DNA of 64,000 nucleotides from Minisyncoccota bacterium (GCA_035546615.1 DASZWM010000002.1:61661-125660), one strand, 5' to 3'. Counted from the first letter of the stretch, positions 46,019 through 55,933 are shown. Notes: generated from the sequence alone by a model not told the origin. Translations and numbers: made by a program.

Positions 46019-46092
46019 TGCACCCTGAGAGGCTCGAACTCCCGACCTCGCCCGTGTGAAGGGCGCGCTCTAGCCAACTGAGCTAAGGGTGC
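46019..46092 (-). tRNA. tRNA-Val (anticodon CAC)
   Basis: Canonical cloverleaf GCACCCU...UUCGAGC...AGGGUGC-A, anticodon loop UUCACAC. Confidence 0.8.
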
Positions 46093-46191
46093 GGTAGGAA
46101 CATCATAGCGGAAAAAGCGTATGCAGACTAGCGCGGAATTTTTTGGGACATAGACGGAAAGGAGAAAAAATGTTTGAATGGGGCATACAGC

Positions 46192-46264
46192 GGGCCCTTA
46201 GCTCATCTGGTAGAGCGCCTCATTTGCAATGAGGAGGTGACCGGTTCGATCCCGGTAGGGTCCA
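46192..46264 (+). tRNA. tRNA-Ala (anticodon UGC)
   Basis: GGGCCCUUAGCUCAUCUGGUAGAGC..UUUGCAA..UUCGAUC..AGGGUCC-A; G3:U70. Confidence 0.85.
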
Positions 46265-46279
46265 CAAAAGACAGAAATA

Positions 46280-46307
46280 CCTCCCCTGCGGGAGGTTTTC
46301 TGCTTTT
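46280..46307 (+). terminator. rho-independent terminator after tRNA-Ala(UGC)
   Basis: cctccc-ctgc-gggagg followed by ttttctgctttt. Confidence 0.6.
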
Positions 46308-46429
46308 GTGGAGGCTGCAGCCATGTCCTGCAAGTGCAGGACGGCGAGGCGGGGTCGAGAGGCGTTTTCGCGACGGCGAAAACGAATTCGTGACCATACA
46401 AGCATAAGTCTTAAAATTAAGATGCTAAA

Positions 46430-47254
46430 ATGAAGCCAATGGACTGGCTCAGCGGATTTTCCGTCCTTAACCCGCAGGGCGCGGTGGGGCTTGCCGAGCG
46501 CGGGCTCATGATCCACGCGGTCGAGTTCATGCTCATTGTCGCCATTCCGGTCTATATTCTTCTGTTCTTTTTTGCCTGGCACTACAGGGCGGGCAATAAG
46601 GAGGCGAAATACACGCCTGACTGGGAACACGCGAAGATAGACGAGCTTATCTGGTGGGCGATACCGTTTGAGATAGTCCTGGTGCTGGGCGCGCTCACCT
46701 GGACCAGCACGCACCAGCTCGCGCCTACTAAACCGCTTGAAGGAGGCCCGCCGCTTGTGGTCGAGGTAGTGGCGCTCGACTGGAAGTGGCTTTTCATTTA
46801 CCCGGAGCAGGATATCGCCACAGTCAATTACCTGCAGCTGCCGGTCGGCCGCCCCGTGCGGTTCGATGTCACCGCCGATGCGCCTATGAATTCGTTCTGG
46901 ATTCCGCAGCTGGGCGGGCAGATATACGCGATGACCGGCATGGTGAATTCTCTCAACCTGGTGGCCGACAGTCCGGGGACGTTCAAAGGGGGCTCCTCTA
47001 ATTACAGCGGCGAGGGCTTCGCGCAGATGAAGTTTTCCGTCGATGCGGTGCCGCCCGAGGATTTTGATGCGTGGGTCAGGGTGACGCAGGCCCGACCCGC
47101 CGCCTTAACGCTCGATACGTACCATACGCTTGAAGCCCAGAGTACCGTTAAAGACCCCGTGTACTATGGAGATGTGGACGAAGGCCTATACGATGCTGTT
47201 GTGGGCCAATTCATGGGCCACGGCGATTCGGGAGAAGAGGAACACAACCACTAA
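46430..47254 (+). CDS. cyoA: cytochrome o (bo3) ubiquinol oxidase subunit II
   Basis: 274 aa; signal/TM region and cupredoxin-like domain lacking the CuA ligands, typical of quinol oxidases. Confidence 0.9.
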   Translation: MKPMDWLSGFSVLNPQGAVGLAERGLMIHAVEFMLIVAIPVYILLFFFAWHYRAGNKEAKYTPDWEHAKIDELIWWAIPFEIVLVLGALTWTSTHQLAPTKPLEGGPPLVVEVVALDWKWLFIYPEQDIATVNYLQLPVGRPVRFDVTADAPMNSFWIPQLGGQIYAMTGMVNSLNLVADSPGTFKGGSSNYSGEGFAQMKFSVDAVPPEDFDAWVRVTQARPAALTLDTYHTLEAQSTVKDPVYYGDVDEGLYDAVVGQFMGHGDSGEEEHNH

Positions 47255-47257
47255 TCT

Positions 47258-49210
47258 ATGTTCGGCAAACTCACGTTAGATGCGTTCATCCATGGCCCCG
47301 TCGAGACCGGCGGGCAATTGGGTGTTGTCCTCGGCGCGCTCGCGGTAATCGGGCTCCTGTTCTATTTCAAGCGCTGGAAGTGGTTCTACCGCGAGTGGCT
47401 CACGAGCGTGGACCACAAGAAAATAGCGGTCATGTATATCGTGCTTTCCTTCGCGATGCTTGCGCGCGGCGCCGCGGACGCGTTCATGATGCGCGCGCAG
47501 CAGGCGGTCGCGGTGGGCGACAGCGCGGGGTACCTGTCGGGCGACCACTTTTCGCAGATATTCACCGCGCACGGCGTCATCATGATATTTTTCGTTGCGA
47601 TGCCGTTCATGTTCGGGCTCATCAATCTTATTATCCCGCTCCAGATAGGGTCCCGCGACGTCGCATACCCCTTCCTTAACTCGCTTTCCTTCTGGCTAAC
47701 CGCTACGGGCGCGGTGCTTATAAATCTATCGCTCGTCGTAGGCGAGTTCGCCGCCACCGGCTGGCTCGCGTACCCGCCGCTGTCGGAACTCCAGTACAGC
47801 CCCGGGGTAGGGGTGGACTACTACATTTGGGCGCTCCAGATAGCGGGCGTCGGCACGCTGCTGTCGGGCATAAATTTCCTCGTGACCATCGTCAAGATGC
47901 GCGCGCCGGGCATGAATTTCATGCGGATGCCGATATTCTCATGGACTACGCTAGGCTCCATGGCGCTGGTCATATTCGCGTTCCCTATACTTACCGTAAC
48001 CCTGGCGCTTCTCGGGCTCGACCGTACGCTCGGCATGCACTTTTTTACGACTGACCTGGGCGGCAACGCGATGATGTACGTGAATCTCATCTGGGCGTGG
48101 GGGCATCCGGAGGTGTACATACTCATCCTGCCCGCCTTCGGCATATTCTCCGAGGTCGTGCCGGTATTCTCGCAGAAAAAGCTCTTCGGATACACGTCGA
48201 TGGTCGTGGCAACGCTCGTCATCGTGGTGCTGTCCTTCCTGGTGTGGGTGCACCATTTCTTCACCATGGGCGCGGGCGCCGACGTGAACGCCTTCTTCGG
48301 CATCATGACGATGGCCATCGCGATCCCGACCGGCGTGAAGGTGTTCAACTGGCTCTTCACCATGTTCCGCGGGCGCATCCTCTTTACCACTCCCATGCTG
48401 TGGTTCATGGGATTTCTCACGACGTTCGTGCTGGGCGGCATGACGGGGGTGCTCATGGCGGTGCCGGGAGCGGACTTCCAATTGCATAACAGCCTGTTCC
48501 TCGTGGCGCACTTCCATAACATGATAATCGGCGGCGTGCTCTTCGGGTTCTTTGCCGGGTTCGTCTACTGGTTCCCGAAAGCCTTCGGCTTCACGCTTAA
48601 CGAACGGCTGGGGCGCTACGCGTTCTGGAGCTGGATCATCGGGTTCGTACTCGCGTTCATACCGCTGTATCTCCTCGGGCTCATGGGCATGACGCGCAGG
48701 CTTTCTCAAGTTGACCCGGCATGGCACGGACTCCTCATTGTTGCCGCCATAGGCGCGGGCATCATCGCGCTGGGCATATTCTTCCAGGTGCTCCAGATGG
48801 TCGTGAGCATTTGGCAGAGGAACCGGAATCGCGATACGACGGGCGACCCGTGGAACGGCCGCACGCTCGAATGGTCCGTTTCTTCGCCGCCGCCGTTCTA
48901 TAACTTCGCGCTCATTCCGCGCGTGCACGGTCGCGACGCGTGGTGGATGATAAAACAGGGCCACGCTCCCGCGCATTCCCGCCTGTACGAGGACATCGAG
49001 ATCCCGTGCAATACCTTTGTCGGGGTGCTGGTGGCCGGAGGCGCGTTCCTCTTCGGATTCGGCATGGTCTGGCACATCTGGTGGCTCGCTGTCCTGGGAA
49101 TACTCGCCGCCGCCGCGCTGCTTATCGCCCGTTCGTTCAACGAGGATATCGAATACGTGCTTCCTGCGGCCGAAGTGGCGCGGATAGAGGCCGCGCGCAA
49201 AACTACATGA
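47258..49210 (+). CDS. cyoB: cytochrome o ubiquinol oxidase subunit I
   Basis: 650 aa; heme-copper oxidase subunit I helices with conserved His ligands. Confidence 0.95.
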   Translation: MFGKLTLDAFIHGPVETGGQLGVVLGALAVIGLLFYFKRWKWFYREWLTSVDHKKIAVMYIVLSFAMLARGAADAFMMRAQQAVAVGDSAGYLSGDHFSQIFTAHGVIMIFFVAMPFMFGLINLIIPLQIGSRDVAYPFLNSLSFWLTATGAVLINLSLVVGEFAATGWLAYPPLSELQYSPGVGVDYYIWALQIAGVGTLLSGINFLVTIVKMRAPGMNFMRMPIFSWTTLGSMALVIFAFPILTVTLALLGLDRTLGMHFFTTDLGGNAMMYVNLIWAWGHPEVYILILPAFGIFSEVVPVFSQKKLFGYTSMVVATLVIVVLSFLVWVHHFFTMGAGADVNAFFGIMTMAIAIPTGVKVFNWLFTMFRGRILFTTPMLWFMGFLTTFVLGGMTGVLMAVPGADFQLHNSLFLVAHFHNMIIGGVLFGFFAGFVYWFPKAFGFTLNERLGRYAFWSWIIGFVLAFIPLYLLGLMGMTRRLSQVDPAWHGLLIVAAIGAGIIALGIFFQVLQMVVSIWQRNRNRDTTGDPWNGRTLEWSVSSPPPFYNFALIPRVHGRDAWWMIKQGHAPAHSRLYEDIEIPCNTFVGVLVAGGAFLFGFGMVWHIWWLAVLGILAAAALLIARSFNEDIEYVLPAAEVARIEAARKTT

Positions 49211-49794
49211 CGAACAACACTTCACACTCGCATGCGCAGGACAGGGTAGCGTTCGGCTTCTGGGTCTATCTCATGAGCGACTGCGTGCTCTTCGCCGCGC
49301 TGTTCGCAACCTATGCGGTGCTCCAGCATGCGACAGTAGGGGCGCTGGAAATGTCCGACATAGTCAGCTTACCCTTCGTACTCGTGGAAACCCTGCTCCT
49401 CCTGACCTCCAGCTTCACGATCGGCCTCGCGATGCTCGCGGCGCATGCAGAGAAAAAGCTCCTTACGATTATCGCGCTTGCCGCCACGCTTTTGCTGGGC
49501 GTTTCGTTCCTCGGGATGGAAGTGAGCGAGTTCTCGAAGCTCATTGCCGAAGGCCGCGGGCCCGACCAGAGCGCGTTCCTCTCATCCTTCTTTACGCTGG
49601 TGGGCACGCACGGGCTTCATGTGGCGCTCGGGTCGCTCTGGATGCTCGTTCTTATCGGGCACGTGTTCCTGAAAGGCCTCACGGCGGGGAGCGTGCGCAA
49701 GCTTCTGTGCCTGAGCCTCTTCTGGCACTTCCTTGATATCATCTGGATATTCATATTCACCCTCGTATATCTTTTCGGAGCGCTTGCCTTATGA
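49207..49794 (+). CDS. cyoC: cytochrome o ubiquinol oxidase subunit III
   Basis: Internal ATG 49207 ([25 protein letters not shown]...); the track ORF 48940.. is an upstream extension into cyoB. Confidence 0.9.
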   Translation: MTNNTSHSHAQDRVAFGFWVYLMSDCVLFAALFATYAVLQHATVGALEMSDIVSLPFVLVETLLLLTSSFTIGLAMLAAHAEKKLLTIIALAATLLLGVSFLGMEVSEFSKLIAEGRGPDQSAFLSSFFTLVGTHGLHVALGSLWMLVLIGHVFLKGLTAGSVRKLLCLSLFWHFLDIIWIFIFTLVYLFGALAL

Positions 49795-50156
49795 CATTGC
49801 TGAAAACATACATACTCGGGTTCGTCCTTTCGATAGTGCTTACCGTCGTTGCATTCTGGCTCGTATGGCGGCATGTCGCGTCCGGCCACGAGTTTCCTTC
49901 GCACGAAACCCTGGTGCCGCTGCTCGTACTGCTGGCGCTGGGGCAGCTCGCGGTGCAGCTCATCTGTTTCCTCCATGTGGCTCGGGAAAAGCGCCCCCGC
50001 TGGAACCTTGCCGCGCTCGGTTTTGCCGTACTCATCGTCGCGATTCTTGTCGGCGGCACCCTTTGGATAATGCGCAACCTTGAGCATATGCAGGGGATGC
50101 AGAAGACGATACCGTTCGAAGAAGGGGCGATCACTCCGCAGACCGAAAATGATTAA
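49791..50156 (+). CDS. cyoD: cytochrome o ubiquinol oxidase subunit IV
   Basis: 121 aa, 3 TM; overlaps the cyoC stop. Confidence 0.8.
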   Translation: MTLLKTYILGFVLSIVLTVVAFWLVWRHVASGHEFPSHETLVPLLVLLALGQLAVQLICFLHVAREKRPRWNLAALGFAVLIVAILVGGTLWIMRNLEHMQGMQKTIPFEEGAITPQTEND

Positions 50157-50838
50157 GTCGTACTACCGGCTCGCGAAGCCCGGCATCATATACGGCAACG
50201 CGCTCGCGGCGGCGGCGGGCTTTTTGTTCGCCGCGGCCGGCGCCGTCGATTGGGCCCTGTTCCTTGCGATGCTTCTTGGACTTTCGCTCATTATCGGGAG
50301 CGGCTGCGTGCTCAACAACATATATGACCGCGATATGGACGCGCGGATGGAGCGCACCAAAAACCGTGCGATGGCAACCGGTGCCATACCGCGCAAGCAT
50401 GCGCTTATATACGCCCTTGTCCTAGGCGTTATGGGAGGACTGCTGCTGGTTTTGTATACGACGCCGCTGGCGTTTGCCTTCGCGCTCGGCGGGTTCTTCG
50501 TATACGTGCTTCTGTATACGCCGCTAAAGTCAAAGAGCGCGTTCGCGCTGTTCGTGGGCGCTGTTGCGGGCGCGGTGCCGCCCGTTGTTGGCTACGCCGC
50601 GGCAGCCAATACGTTCGACGCGTACGCTTTCTGGCTGTTCGCGGCGCTCTATGTCTGGCAGCTGCCGCATTTCCTCGCCATAGCGACCTACCGATATTCC
50701 GAATATCGCGCGGCGGGGGTGCCTCTGCTCATTGCGCGCGAGCCTTCGGCCCGGGCAAAGCGATGGGGAAGAACGGTGTTCTACGCCTCGCTCGCGGTCC
50801 TTCTTTTGGCGTGCGGCGCCTTGATGCTCCACAGGTGA
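50149..50838 (+). CDS. cyoE: protoheme IX farnesyltransferase (heme O synthase)
   Basis: Start at the internal Met (MIKSYYRLAKPGIIYGNALAAAAGF...); UbiA-family motif NNIYDRDMDARMERTKNR. Confidence 0.85.
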   Translation: MIKSYYRLAKPGIIYGNALAAAAGFLFAAAGAVDWALFLAMLLGLSLIIGSGCVLNNIYDRDMDARMERTKNRAMATGAIPRKHALIYALVLGVMGGLLLVLYTTPLAFAFALGGFFVYVLLYTPLKSKSAFALFVGAVAGAVPPVVGYAAAANTFDAYAFWLFAALYVWQLPHFLAIATYRYSEYRAAGVPLLIAREPSARAKRWGRTVFYASLAVLLLACGALMLHR

Positions 50839-51347
50839 AGCAGGTAGGGGGCGATAGTGCCCAGCAGGAAGGCTCCAACGACGCTCGTGGCTATGGCAAG
50901 CGGTTCCACCTCGCGATATAGCACCGTACTGAAACCCACCAGGTTTATAAGCAGGAGCGCGCCCATAACAGAATAGAAGTTTATGACGCTCCACCAGGTA
51001 AATTTTTTGAAGTCGGTCGGATGTATGTGCGCGAAATGCTGTACGTAATGCGTCAGTCCCTGCGCTTGCAGCTTGGCCTGCTCCGTGCGCACCCCGAGCA
51101 GATAGCCGATAAGCGCGCCTAAAAGCCATGCCGGAATAGTGAAGGGAAGCGTGTCCAGGGTGTACTTCCAGAAGGAAATGGTTATCGTGGCGACGATAAA
51201 AAGGAAGAAGAGCGTCATGATGAGGCGCGTGCGGGTAAATTCGTCCTCAATGGCGTATTTGAGCGCCGTGATTATTGAAAGGAACACGGTCAGCGCGGCA
51301 ACAGTGATGGTTATGGAGTTCGGCAGCTGTTCCATAGGTATATGCAA
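50781..51347 (-). CDS. hypothetical integral membrane protein (4-5 TM)
   Basis: 188-aa ORF; its 3' end overlaps the cyoE 3' end by about 58 bp, so the start or extent is uncertain. Confidence 0.45.
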   Translation of the reverse strand: MHIPMEQLPNSITITVAALTVFLSIITALKYAIEDEFTRTRLIMTLFFLFIVATITISFWKYTLDTLPFTIPAWLLGALIGYLLGVRTEQAKLQAQGLTHYVQHFAHIHPTDFKKFTWWSVINFYSVMGALLLINLVGFSTVLYREVEPLAIATSVVGAFLLGTIAPYLLHLWSIKAPHAKRRTASEA

Positions 51348-51402
51348 ATATTAGCATGGAGAGACAATAGCGCCGCCTCTCACGAGGCGGCGCGGAGCCG
51401 GG

Positions 51403-51933
51403 TTAATGCATCCCGGGATAGGTCGGACACTGGGCGGAAAACGCAAATCGGACGAGGTCTGCCTTCCATCCAAGCCCGGTCAAATCGACGTACCTGCCCT
51501 GCACTTCGTACGCCTGGTGCTCGGTCTGGTTCAGGCACTGGAATTTGGTGCTGTACGCGACAAGCTTGCCGTCGATGTCGATGTCCCCATGCTCGAACTG
51601 CAGCACGTGCACGAGCTCGTGGACCACGATGTAGTCATCCCGGGGAGACTGATAGTCGTCCCGGACCGTGATATGCGTGCCGACCGTGTAGGCTTCAATA
51701 TCCTTCTGGCCGGCATATGCTTGTCCATAGTAGCGCTTATTGATGTCGTCGATCTTATCGAAGCTGACCGTGGGCTGGACGTACGCGACCGAGTAGCCGG
51801 TCTGATTTCCGACCCACGGAAGCAGCGTAGCCACGCGGTCGTCGACCGAACTCGCGTGTGCACACGCCGCACTTAGGAAGCCGGAGCAGAACGCGATCAC
51901 TAATCTTGTGATTAGGCGCATTGTCGTCACCAC
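51403..51933 (-). CDS. lipoprotein with HEXXH zinc-metalloprotease-like motif
   Basis: 176 aa; lipobox LSAAC; HELVHVLQFEHG. Confidence 0.55.
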   Translation of the reverse strand: MVTTMRLITRLVIAFCSGFLSAACAHASSVDDRVATLLPWVGNQTGYSVAYVQPTVSFDKIDDINKRYYGQAYAGQKDIEAYTVGTHITVRDDYQSPRDDYIVVHELVHVLQFEHGDIDIDGKLVAYSTKFQCLNQTEHQAYEVQGRYVDLTGLGWKADLVRFAFSAQCPTYPGMH

Positions 51934-52083
51934 CTTTCTTACAAGGAGCGAGTGAGGTGATGCCCTGCATTTCCTCCTATTGTACTAAATGAACTATGCG
52001 CTTAAGAAATAGCATGTCAAGAAATAGGGAAGTGGATAATGAAAAGCTCCCGTACGGGAGCTTTTCATTATGAGAGCTCTTTT

Positions 52084-52485
52084 CTAGAAGTTAAAGTTGA
52101 GCCCGCCGTTTACATCCGCCTTAAGCGAAGCGTTCGTATCGAGGCTGCTTTGCGAACCCGACGTCTGGGCATCCGACTGCGCATGTGCGCGTACGGAAGC
52201 ATCGGCGTCCGTGTCCGCGTTCAAGCGGCTTTCGCCGGTATTGTCGGCTTCAGCATCCGCGTTTGTATCGGAATCCGCATCGGCGTTGAGATGAAGAACG
52301 GCCTTGACGGAAGAGCCGACCGACGTGAATTCGTGCGCGGTCGCTACGGCGCCGGCGCGAACATTGTCATTTACATGCACTTTGTACTGGTAGAGCGGTT
52401 CGCTGGGCTTTGCATGGTCCGCTGCAAGCGAAACACCGCCGCCCAAGAATACTGCCGCTGCAAGAGCTATAGCGATAAAAGGCAT
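52084..52485 (-). CDS. secreted Asp/Ala-rich repetitive protein
   Basis: 133 aa; signal peptide; low-complexity DADA/NAD repeats. Confidence 0.45.
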   Translation of the reverse strand: MPFIAIALAAAVFLGGGVSLAADHAKPSEPLYQYKVHVNDNVRAGAVATAHEFTSVGSSVKAVLHLNADADSDTNADAEADNTGESRLNADTDADASVRAHAQSDAQTSGSQSSLDTNASLKADVNGGLNFNF

Positions 52486-52601
52486 AGGTAGTGTAGTTAC
52501 CTGCTAATCTTCTCGCACAAACATGAAGACGTCATACTCGATGGGTTATTACAGACCCACGTATATCAAAAAGCCGTTTTTGTGTTATAGTGTAACGAAC
52601 T

Positions 52602-53369
52602 ATGGAGTCAGGCCTGCACATCACGCTCGCTTCGGAGCGCCTGTTCAACTTTTTCGGGCTGCCTATAACCAATACTCTCATAACCACCTGGCTAGTCATG
52701 GGCTTGCTTCTCACTATCGCATTCTTCGTCGGCCGCGGCCTTAAGCTGACCCCTGGCCGGTTCCAGAGCGCGGTCGAGATGGGGCTTGAATATGTCTACG
52801 CCTATGTCGCGGAGACCCTGGGCGACGAAAAGCTCGCGCGCCGCTATTTTCCGCTTATCGCGACCATTTTCATCTTTATCCTTACGGCAAACATGTTCGA
52901 TTTCCTGCCGGTCTTCGGCTCATTCGGCCTGCACCATGGCGAGGAATTCGTGCCGCTCCTGCACCCGGTGAATGCCGACCTCAACACCACGCTGGCGCTC
53001 GCCATCATTGTATTTTTCGTCATCGAATTGTCCGGAATCCTCACTCTTGGCGTGTTGAAATACGGCTCCAAATTTGTTAATGTAACCAATGGCGCGATGA
53101 ATTTCGCCGTGGGGCTGCTTGAGCTTATCGGCAACTTGGCGCGTCTCATCTCGTTCTCCTTCAGGCTCTTCGGGGCGATCTTCGCCGGAGAGGTCCTGCT
53201 TATGGTCATCGGCTCATTCGTCCCTGTCCTGCTTCCGGTGCCGCTTATGGCATTCGAGGCGTTCATCGGGCTCCTGCAGGCGGCGATATTCGCCATCCTT
53301 ACGCTTGCATTCATCAAGATCGCCATCGCGGAGCCGCACGGGCACGCGGAGGCGCACGCAACGCATTAA
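52602..53369 (+). CDS. atpB: F0F1 ATP synthase subunit a
   Basis: 255 aa; conserved Arg-containing helix region. Confidence 0.9.
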   Translation: MESGLHITLASERLFNFFGLPITNTLITTWLVMGLLLTIAFFVGRGLKLTPGRFQSAVEMGLEYVYAYVAETLGDEKLARRYFPLIATIFIFILTANMFDFLPVFGSFGLHHGEEFVPLLHPVNADLNTTLALAIIVFFVIELSGILTLGVLKYGSKFVNVTNGAMNFAVGLLELIGNLARLISFSFRLFGAIFAGEVLLMVIGSFVPVLLPVPLMAFEAFIGLLQAAIFAILTLAFIKIAIAEPHGHAEAHATH

Positions 53370-53389
53370 TTATCCGTTTTTATTCATAG

Positions 53390-53626
<237 letters not shown>

Positions 53627-53647
53627 TAAATTTTATTCCTTTAGGTA

Positions 53648-54097
53648 ATGGAAGCGATACTCACAACCTTCGGCATTGATTGGCGGCTTCTGCTCATAAA
53701 CGCCATCAACTTCGGCCTGCTCCTGTTCGGGTTGTGGTACTTCCTGTACGGCCCGGTCATGCGGATGCTCGATGAGCGTCGCACAAAGGTCGCGCAGGGA
53801 GTAGCCGACGCGCAGAAGGCGGCTGACGAGCTCCGCGGCATCGAGGATTCCCGCGCAGCAGCGCTCGCCCAAGCCGGAAAGGAGGCGGACAACCTCGTAT
53901 CGCAGGCGCGCGCTTCGGCCGCGCAGAAGGAGCGCGAGATAGTCGCGCAGGGCGAGGCCGCCGCCGCCCGCATCGTAAAGGAAGCGGAGGCCCAGGCGCA
54001 GGAAGCGAAGGCGCAAGCCATCGCGGAGAGCAAAGAAGAGGTCGCCCGCATGATAGTGCTTGGCATGGAAAAGACGCTAACCGGCAAAAGCGCATGA
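53648..54097 (+). CDS. atpF: F0F1 ATP synthase subunit b
   Basis: 149 aa; N-terminal TM plus long Ala/Glu/Lys-rich coiled coil. Confidence 0.85.
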   Translation: MEAILTTFGIDWRLLLINAINFGLLLFGLWYFLYGPVMRMLDERRTKVAQGVADAQKAADELRGIEDSRAAALAQAGKEADNLVSQARASAAQKEREIVAQGEAAAARIVKEAEAQAQEAKAQAIAESKEEVARMIVLGMEKTLTGKSA

Positions 54098-54345
54098 AAT
54101 TAGAGGAAATGTACGCGCATGCGCTGCGCGAGTCGGATATAGGCGACGCGAAGAAGGTTCTCGATTCGTTAAAGGCCTCGCTTAAGCGCCGCGGACACGA
54201 AAAGCTCCTGCCGAGGATCTTCGCTGAGTATCAGAAGCTCGGGCTTCGCGAGAAGCGGATGGAGGCCCATAAGGCGGTAACTCCGGAAAGCGAGCGCACA
54301 AGGATATTGCTGCAGCTCTACAGGAAACTAGTCGCAAGCCGCTAG
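54094..54345 (+). CDS. atpH: F0F1 ATP synthase subunit delta, unusually short (83 aa)
   Basis: Position between atpF and atpA; overlaps the atpF stop; less than half the usual delta length. Confidence 0.55.
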   Translation: MKLEEMYAHALRESDIGDAKKVLDSLKASLKRRGHEKLLPRIFAEYQKLGLREKRMEAHKAVTPESERTRILLQLYRKLVASR

Positions 54346-54367
54346 TGACCAGCCAATCAAAAAGTAT

Positions 54368-55933
54368 ATGCAAAACTTCATCGAACAATTTAAAAAGGAA
54401 ATAGAAGGCTTCACGCCGGAAAAGCGCTCTGCAGGCGCCGGCGTCGTTCTGCGCGTCTCGGACGGCGTTGCCGAGATCGAGGGCCTTTCAAACGCGGTGA
54501 TGTCGGAAATGATCCGCTTCGATACCTCCCACGGCAAGAGCCTCAAGGACGCGGTCGCCTCGAGCCAGGAAGTCTACGGCGTTATTTTGAACCTGGAGGA
54601 AGAGTCTGTGCGCGCAATCATTTTGGGCGACTCGGCAGCGGTGCGGGAAGGCATGCAGGTGGAGGCGACCGGCGAGGTGCTTTCCATTCCGGTGGGCGAC
54701 GCGCTCATCGGCCGCGTGGTTTCTCCCTTGGGTGTGCCGCTGGACGGCCAGGGCGCTATCGCTGCCACGAAGAAAAACCCTATCGAGCGCGAGGCCTACG
54801 GCGTTATGGACCGCCAGTCGGTCAACCAGCCGCTCCACACCGGCATCAAGGCTATCGACTCGATGATCCCCATAGGCCGCGGACAGCGCGAACTCATCAT
54901 CGGCGACCGCTACACCGGCAAGACCACCATCGCGATGGACACCATCCTCAACCAGAAGAGCGAGCCGGCCGACACGCGCCCCATCTGCATTTATGTTTCT
55001 ATCGGCCAGAAGGAGAGCAAGACCGCGCGCCTCGTGCAGCAGCTTCGCGAGCGCGGAGCGCTCGAATACTCGATAGTGGTGGACGCGGGCGCATCGGCCC
55101 CGGCCGCCATCCAGTACCTGGCGCCGTTCGCGGGCGCCGCTATCGGCGAGTTCTTCATGGACTCCGGCCGCGACGCGCTCGTCATCTACGACGATCTTTC
55201 CAAGCACGCCGTCGCATACCGCCAGCTCTCGCTCCTTCTTCGTCGCCCGCCGGGCCGCGAGGCATATCCGGGCGACGTCTTCTACCTCCACTCGCGCCTG
55301 CTTGAACGCGCGGCAAAGCTTTCCAAGGAAAAGGGCGGCGGCTCTTTGACCGCGCTTCCGGTCATCGAGACGCAGGAGAACGACGTGTCAGGCTACATTC
55401 CGACCAACGTCATTTCCATTACCGACGGTCAGATATTCCTCGAGACAGACCTCTTCAACAAGGGCATTCGCCCGGCAATTAACGCGGGCGTGTCGGTGTC
55501 CCGCGTGGGTTCGGCCGCGCAGACCAAGGCGATGAAGAAGGTCTCCGGTAAGATAAAGCTCGAGCTCGCTCAGTTTCGCGAGCTTGAAGCGTTCATGCAG
55601 TTCTCGCAGGACCTCGACGCCGACACCAAGCGCCGCATCGAGTCCGGCCAGCGCATGATGGCTACGCTCAAGCAGCGCAACGGCAATCCGATGGGCTTCG
55701 AATATCAGGCCATCTCCATTTACGCGTCGGTAAACGGCTACCTCAAGGGTGTTGCAGTGGACCGCGTGCCGGAATACGAGGAAAAGCTGCTCGCCTACAT
55801 CGAGGCGGAAACTCCCGAGATACTCAAATCTATCCGCGAATCCCGGATCATAGCCGAGCAGACCGAGGAGCACCTGAAGGCCGCGCTCGCGAGCTTCGCA
55901 GAAACGCATCCGGACCTGGTTAGTAGGGTATAG
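54368..55933 (+). CDS. atpA: F0F1 ATP synthase subunit alpha
   Basis: 521 aa; GDRYTGKT Walker A. Confidence 0.95.
   Translation: MQNFIEQFKKEIEGFTPEKRSAGAGVVLRVSDGVAEIEGLSNAVMSEMIRFDTSHGKSLKDAVASSQEVYGVILNLEEESVRAIILGDSAAVREGMQVEATGEVLSIPVGDALIGRVVSPLGVPLDGQGAIAATKKNPIEREAYGVMDRQSVNQPLHTGIKAIDSMIPIGRGQRELIIGDRYTGKTTIAMDTILNQKSEPADTRPICIYVSIGQKESKTARLVQQLRERGALEYSIVVDAGASAPAAIQYLAPFAGAAIGEFFMDSGRDALVIYDDLSKHAVAYRQLSLLLRRPPGREAYPGDVFYLHSRLLERAAKLSKEKGGGSLTALPVIETQENDVSGYIPTNVISITDGQIFLETDLFNKGIRPAINAGVSVSRVGSAAQTKAMKKVSGKIKLELAQFRELEAFMQFSQDLDADTKRRIESGQRMMATLKQRNGNPMGFEYQAISIYASVNGYLKGVAVDRVPEYEEKLLAYIEAETPEILKSIRESRIIAEQTEEHLKAALASFAETHPDLVSRV

Noticed and set aside
45486-46059. Track ORFs of 180 and 151 aa over the tRNA cluster
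   Set aside because: They overlap three hand-folded tRNAs and a hairpin array on the opposite strand, with no protein-like composition.
47951-49225. 424-aa ORF antisense to cyoB
   Set aside because: His/Arg/Glu-rich nonsense frame opposite an unmistakable heme-copper oxidase subunit I.
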